DNA from: an uncultured Chloroflexia bacterium
GTDB lineage: Bacteria; Chloroflexota; Limnocylindria; Limnocylindrales; CSP1-4
DNA length: 64,000 bases
Direction of reading: 5' to 3'
Assembly (NCBI GenBank): GCA_963743795.1
Contig: CAVUQZ010000004.1
Span: forward strand, 237,992 to 301,991
Shown: positions 59,801 to 64,000 of the stretch, in pieces
How the letters are laid out: the number at the start of each line of letters is the position of its first letter
How positions within the stretch are numbered: position 1 is the first letter of the stretch
The notes under the pieces: generated by a model
What the model was told of the DNA's origin: nothing
The model's input: only the letters and a program-made list of their open reading frames with translations
The model's database searches: none
Position numbers and translations under genes: made by a program

Positions 59801-61948
59801 TTGGCAATCCTGCCCGGGTTGCAGGGCCCGAGCGACCTGCGCGGGCTCACCGACGCCCAGCTCGACGGGCTGGCGGCCGAGATCCGCGAGTACATCATTG
59901 CCACGGTGGCGAAGACGGGCGGCCATCTCGGCTCGTCCCTGGGGGTCGTGGAGCTGACCCTGGCGCTGCACCGGGTCCTGGAATCCCCACGCGACAAGAT
60001 CGTCTGGGATACCGGCCACCAGGCCTACGCGCACAAGCTCCTGACCGGCCGCTACGCGCGCTTCCCGACCCTCCGGCAGCTCGGAGGCATCGGCGGTTTC
60101 CCGAGGCGTGAAGAGTCGGAGCACGACGTCTTCGACGGCGGCCACGCCGGAACAGGCTTGTCCATCGCGCAGGGCCTGGCGACCGCCAGAGACATGCGCC
60201 ACTCGATGGAACGGATCGCGGTCGTGGTCGGCGACGCCGCACTCATTAGCGGCCTGTCGCTCGAGGCGCTCAACGACATCGGGCATCGCCAGACCCAGCT
60301 CTTGATCGTGCTCAACGACAACGCCATGTCCATAAGCCCCACCGTCGGCGCTTTCAGCCAGTACTTCTCGACCTTGAAGCTCTCGACTGCCTGGAGGCAG
60401 AGCAAGACCGCCTACGACCAAATCGTCGAATCCTTGCCGGTGGTCGGTCGGCCGGCCCTGACTCTGTCGCGCCGCATCCGCCGGATGGTGGTCAACTTCG
60501 CGCAGCCGGGTCAGCTCTTCGAAGACCTCGGGATAACGTACCTGGGGGTCATCCCGGGCCACAACATCCGCGGCCTGGAGCACATCTTCCGGGCCGCTCT
60601 GGAAGTGCCGGGCCCTGTCCTGGTCCATGTTCGGACGCGCAAGGGGCGTGGCTACCGGCCTGCCGAACGCGATCAGGTCGGGTTCCACGGCGCCGCGCTT
60701 CCGCCCATGCCCGAGATGCCGGAGCAGCCAGCCCCCTCCGGCACATTCGGATTCGGCGCTCAAACAGCCTTGACAGGGCCGGCGCTGGCTCGCAAGGAGA
60801 GCGCTATGCCGGTCCCGGGCCGCTTCGACGAGGCACCCGTGGAGCCCTCCGGGAATGGGAATGCTCTCGCCGGAGGGGCGGATATGGGCACGCCCTCCGA
60901 GGCTGCCCGCAAAGCGGCCCACAATCGGCCGCCCAACTACACCTATCACTTCGCCCGTGAACTGATCGACCTGGCGGCTACAGACCGCCGTATCGTCGCC
61001 GTCACGGCGGGCATGCCCACCGGAACCGGTCTTCACCTGTTCCAGGAGCGGTTCCCCGATCGCTTCATAGACGTTGGGATCGCCGAGCAGCACGCCGTGG
61101 CTCTTTCGGCGGGGATGGCCCTGGCCGGCGAGCGGCCCGTCGTGGCCCTGTACTCGACCTTCCTCCAGAGGGCCTTCGACCAGGAGGTCCACGACGTCTG
61201 CCAGAACGATCTGCCCGTGGTGATCGCTGTGGATCGGGCCGGCCTGGTCGGGGAGGACGGCACCAGCCATCAGGGCATGTTCACGATTCCGAGCCAGCGG
61301 CAGCTGCCCGGAATGGTCATCGCCAGCCCCAAAGACGAGCAGGAGTTGCGCTCGCTCGTGAGGACGGCGTTCTCGCAGGACCACCCCTTCGCGCTCCACT
61401 ACCCCCGAGACCCCGGCTTCGGCGTCCCGATTCGAGAGCCCGAGGTACTGCCGATCGGAATCGGGGAACTGCTGCGGGAGGGCCGCCAGATCCTCATCGT
61501 CGGCTTCGGGCCGATCATCGAGCGCGGCCGCCAGGCGGCCGAAGCGCTCGAAGCGGAGGGCTGGTCCGTCGGCCTGATCAACGCCCGCTTTGCCAAGCCG
61601 CTGGATCGACAGCTCATCCTGGACCAGGCCCGCGGCAAGATCTTGCTGGTGACTCTCGAAGAGAGCGTCGTGACGGGCGGCTTTGGAGCCGGAGTCCTCG
61701 AAGTCGTCGAGGATGCGCGGCTGACCGATCCCGCGTACCGCGACGTCGCCGTCCGGATAGTCGGCATTCCGGCCGACCGTTTCGTCGAGCATGGATCTGT
61801 GGACCAGCTGCGCCGGCTACTTCGACTCGACGCCCCCGGCATCGCGGCGCAGATTCGGGAGACTCTGACCAGGCTCAGAGCCACGCCGGGACCCGCAGCC
61901 GGAGCGCCATCCGCCCGCCGCGCGGCCAGCAACACCATCACCTCCTAG
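59801..61948 (+). CDS. dxs: 1-deoxy-D-xylulose-5-phosphate synthase with an unusually long inter-domain linker
   Basis: TTG 59801 with AGGAG 10 nt upstream. GGHLGSSLGVVELT, WDTGHQAYAHKLLTGR, GDAAL...NDN (ThDP motif), transketolase Pyr and C domains. Confidence 0.95.
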   Translation: MAILPGLQGPSDLRGLTDAQLDGLAAEIREYIIATVAKTGGHLGSSLGVVELTLALHRVLESPRDKIVWDTGHQAYAHKLLTGRYARFPTLRQLGGIGGFPRREESEHDVFDGGHAGTGLSIAQGLATARDMRHSMERIAVVVGDAALISGLSLEALNDIGHRQTQLLIVLNDNAMSISPTVGAFSQYFSTLKLSTAWRQSKTAYDQIVESLPVVGRPALTLSRRIRRMVVNFAQPGQLFEDLGITYLGVIPGHNIRGLEHIFRAALEVPGPVLVHVRTRKGRGYRPAERDQVGFHGAALPPMPEMPEQPAPSGTFGFGAQTALTGPALARKESAMPVPGRFDEAPVEPSGNGNALAGGADMGTPSEAARKAAHNRPPNYTYHFARELIDLAATDRRIVAVTAGMPTGTGLHLFQERFPDRFIDVGIAEQHAVALSAGMALAGERPVVALYSTFLQRAFDQEVHDVCQNDLPVVIAVDRAGLVGEDGTSHQGMFTIPSQRQLPGMVIASPKDEQELRSLVRTAFSQDHPFALHYPRDPGFGVPIREPEVLPIGIGELLREGRQILIVGFGPIIERGRQAAEALEAEGWSVGLINARFAKPLDRQLILDQARGKILLVTLEESVVTGGFGAGVLEVVEDARLTDPAYRDVAVRIVGIPADRFVEHGSVDQLRRLLRLDAPGIAAQIRETLTRLRATPGPAAGAPSARRAASNTITS

Positions 61949-61999
61949 TCTCGCGGTTCGGCCCGCGTTCCAGGGCAGCACGAGATGAGCCGGGTGTGC

Positions 62000-62005
62000 C
62001 ACGAT
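62000..62005 (+). promoter_or_regulatory. Weak -10-like CACGAT 7 nt upstream of the tlyA ATG (leaderless-type promoter candidate)
   Basis: Motif and spacing read from the sequence; weakest of the set. Confidence 0.2.
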
Positions 62006-62012
62006 TGAGCGC

Positions 62013-62858
62013 ATGAGCCCTGCCGCAGATCGACCGACGCGCCGGCGCCTTGACCAGCTCCTGGTGGAAAGGGGTCTGGCCGAGACTCGAACGCGGGCCC
62101 AGGCCCTGATCCTGGGCGGCCACGTGAGAGTCGGGGAGGGGGCGGCCGCGCGCACAGACCGCAAGTCGGGCGACCTCGTGGAGACGACGATCGCCCTGGA
62201 GGTAGAGGCTCCGCCGCCGTTCGTGTCACGGGGCGGTTTGAAGTTGCGAGCTGCCCTGGACTTCTTTGGCGTCGAGCCGGTGGGCCTCGTCTGTCTTGAC
62301 GTAGGCTCGTCCACCGGCGGATTCACGGATCTACTGCTCCAGCGCGACGCCAGCCGCGTCTACGCGGTGGATGTCGGGCGCGGCCAGCTGGCGGAGGCTC
62401 TCCGGCACGACTCGCGCGTCGTTTCCATGGAGCGCACCAATGCCCGCAGTCTGGGCCCGGGCGTGCTTCCGACGCCGGTCGACCTCGCCGTGGTGGATGT
62501 CTCCTTCATTTCGCTGGACCGGATCCTGCGGCCCGTGGCGACGTGCTTCGGGCCCCTCGGCGGCCGAATCGTGGCCCTCGTGAAACCCCAGTTCGAGGCG
62601 GGACGCCGGCAGGTCCGCGACGGCGTCGTGCGCGATCCCGAGATACATCGCCAGACCCTCGAGACGGTGGCGCGCTATGCCGTCGGCATCGGCCTCCGGC
62701 TGCGGAACGCCATCGCCTCGCCTCTGACCGGTCCGGCCGGCAATCGCGAGTTCTTCCTGGAGTTCGAGGTACCGGCCGGTTACGCCGGTCCGGACGGCGG
62801 TCCGGTGGAATTGCCGCACGAGTGGTCGCGCAGATTCGGAGAGCTGGCCCGTTCATGA
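62013..62858 (+). CDS. tlyA: TlyA-family rRNA (cytidine-2'-O)-methyltransferase
   Basis: S4 domain RRRLDQLLVERGLAETRTRAQALI, FtsJ-like SAM motif LDVGSSTGGFTD. Confidence 0.93.
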   Translation: MSPAADRPTRRRLDQLLVERGLAETRTRAQALILGGHVRVGEGAAARTDRKSGDLVETTIALEVEAPPPFVSRGGLKLRAALDFFGVEPVGLVCLDVGSSTGGFTDLLLQRDASRVYAVDVGRGQLAEALRHDSRVVSMERTNARSLGPGVLPTPVDLAVVDVSFISLDRILRPVATCFGPLGGRIVALVKPQFEAGRRQVRDGVVRDPEIHRQTLETVARYAVGIGLRLRNAIASPLTGPAGNREFFLEFEVPAGYAGPDGGPVELPHEWSRRFGELARS

Positions 62859-63700
62859 AGCTCAGTCGACTCGGCTTCGCCTACAACCCGACAAAAGAGG
62901 CGGCGCTGGACCTGCGCGAGCGGGCGGAGGGCTGGTGCGAGGTACGGGGTGTGGCCCATTGGGCAGCCCCGGCCGGCGAGCTCGACGCCCTTCGCGAGCA
63001 TCTTCCGGAGACGGATGCCCTTGTCGTTCTGGGCGGGGACGGGACCTTCCTGCGCGCGGCTCGGGCAGTGGCGGAGGTGGACGTCCCGCTCCTGGGGGTG
63101 AACCTGGGAAAGGTCGGCTTCCTCTCGAAAGTCGAGACCCAGGGGCTGGAGGCGGTCCTGGGCCAGCTCGTGGCGGGCGACTTCGCGATGGAGAACCGCA
63201 TGGCCCTGGAGGCCACGATCCATCCAGGGGGCCACCGCGAACCCGGCGAGACATTCTTCGCCCTGAACGAGATCGCCGTGGCCCGGGGTTCTCTGGCTCG
63301 TGTCTGTCGCATCGAGGTGGAGATCGGTCCATCGCATCTGGCGACCTTCATCGCCGACGGGCTGGTCGTCTCCAGCCCAACCGGTTCGACCGGGTACTCA
63401 TTCTCCGCCGGGGGGCCGATCGTCGACCCCACCAGCCGCAACCTGGTCGTGACCCCGATCGCGGGCTACCTGTCCGCGATTCGGTCCGTTGTCGTGAGCC
63501 CCCGCCACACAGTCCGGCTGCGCGTCATGGACGCCTATGACGTGCTGATGAGCGTCGACGGGCGCGAAGACCGCAAGCTCGCGATAGGGGACGTCGTTTC
63601 GGTGTGCGAGCTGGAGCGGCCGATACGCTTCATCGAACCCATCGGAGCCGTCCCGTTCTGGGACCTGCTACGTCAGAAATCGGAGTTGCTCCCGTCATGA
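62855..63700 (+). CDS. nadK: NAD kinase
   Basis: The ATG overlaps the tlyA stop. GGDGTFL, NLGKVGFL, STPTGSTGYSFSAGGPI-type motifs. Confidence 0.95.
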   Translation: MKLSRLGFAYNPTKEAALDLRERAEGWCEVRGVAHWAAPAGELDALREHLPETDALVVLGGDGTFLRAARAVAEVDVPLLGVNLGKVGFLSKVETQGLEAVLGQLVAGDFAMENRMALEATIHPGGHREPGETFFALNEIAVARGSLARVCRIEVEIGPSHLATFIADGLVVSSPTGSTGYSFSAGGPIVDPTSRNLVVTPIAGYLSAIRSVVVSPRHTVRLRVMDAYDVLMSVDGREDRKLAIGDVVSVCELERPIRFIEPIGAVPFWDLLRQKSELLPS

Positions 63701-64000
63701 CCGGCGCGGGTACAGACCTGGGGACGGGAGGCGAGGATGCGATCGCCGCCGGGTCGGAATCGGCCGAAGCCACCGTAGTCCCGGATCCAGAGGCGATCCC
63801 CATGGCCGGCGGTCGGCTGACGAACCTCGGCGTTCATGATCTGGCCCTGATCGACCGGGTAAGGATTGCCTTCGAGCCGGGCCTCAACGTCCTGACCGGA
63901 GAGACGGGCGCCGGAAAGAGCCTGCTCATCGACGCCCTCGGACTTGCCGTGGGAGCGAGGGCGGATTCGTCGCTGGTCCGGCACGGCTCGGAGACAGCCC
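63697..64000 (+). CDS. recN: DNA repair protein RecN, 5' part (continues beyond the window); start may be ATG 63802
   Basis: L(T)NLGVHDLALIDRVRIAFEPGLNVLTGETGAGKSLLIDALGL (SMC-like Walker A). ATG 63697 overlaps the nadK stop. Confidence 0.9.
   Translation, partial: MTGAGTDLGTGGEDAIAAGSESAEATVVPDPEAIPMAGGRLTNLGVHDLALIDRVRIAFEPGLNVLTGETGAGKSLLIDALGLAVGARADSSLVRHGSETA

Overview
This is a visibly GC-rich (about two-thirds G+C by eye, not computed) chromosomal core segment made almost entirely of housekeeping genes, about 90% of them on the + strand. Gene order is the classic Terrabacteria pattern seen in Actinomycetota, Chloroflexota and Firmicutes: tRNA-Met, ftsH ... comM-dprA ... topA-xerC, femAB-murE, rel ... 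hisS-aspS, typA, cysteine desulfurase-mnmA, alaS ... ruvX-mltG, pepP-efp, xseA-xseB-dxs-tlyA-nadK-recN. I found no transposase, phage integrase, prophage, CRISPR array or recognisable defence genes, so I cannot point to a convincing self-contained novel system. The best candidates for unexplored biology are: (1) an ECF sigma factor translationally coupled to a long-form NfeD protease with an extra cytoplasmic N-terminus, followed by its SPFH partner; (2) an FtsA/PilM-like actin-fold gene plus a large bitopic membrane protein inserted into the conserved alaS-ruvX-mltG linkage; (3) a tandem pair of Ig-repeat/CAP-domain surface proteins with a near-identical 717-bp 5' block; (4) a stand-alone DnaB-C-terminal-only ATPase; (5) an orphan TadZ/CpaE-like protein with a pseudo-receiver domain. 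Two window-wide patterns also stand out. At least 10 frame disruptions hit otherwise well-conserved genes (five in alaS alone, mostly +1 shifts at short homopolymers), which most likely reflects indel errors in the assembly. At least nine genes have a -10-like hexamer 6-8 nt upstream of the start codon with no Shine-Dalgarno, suggesting frequent leaderless mRNAs. The many long antisense and out-of-frame ORFs in the six-frame track are GC-content artefacts. All family calls come from motif and sequence recollection only; no searches were run.
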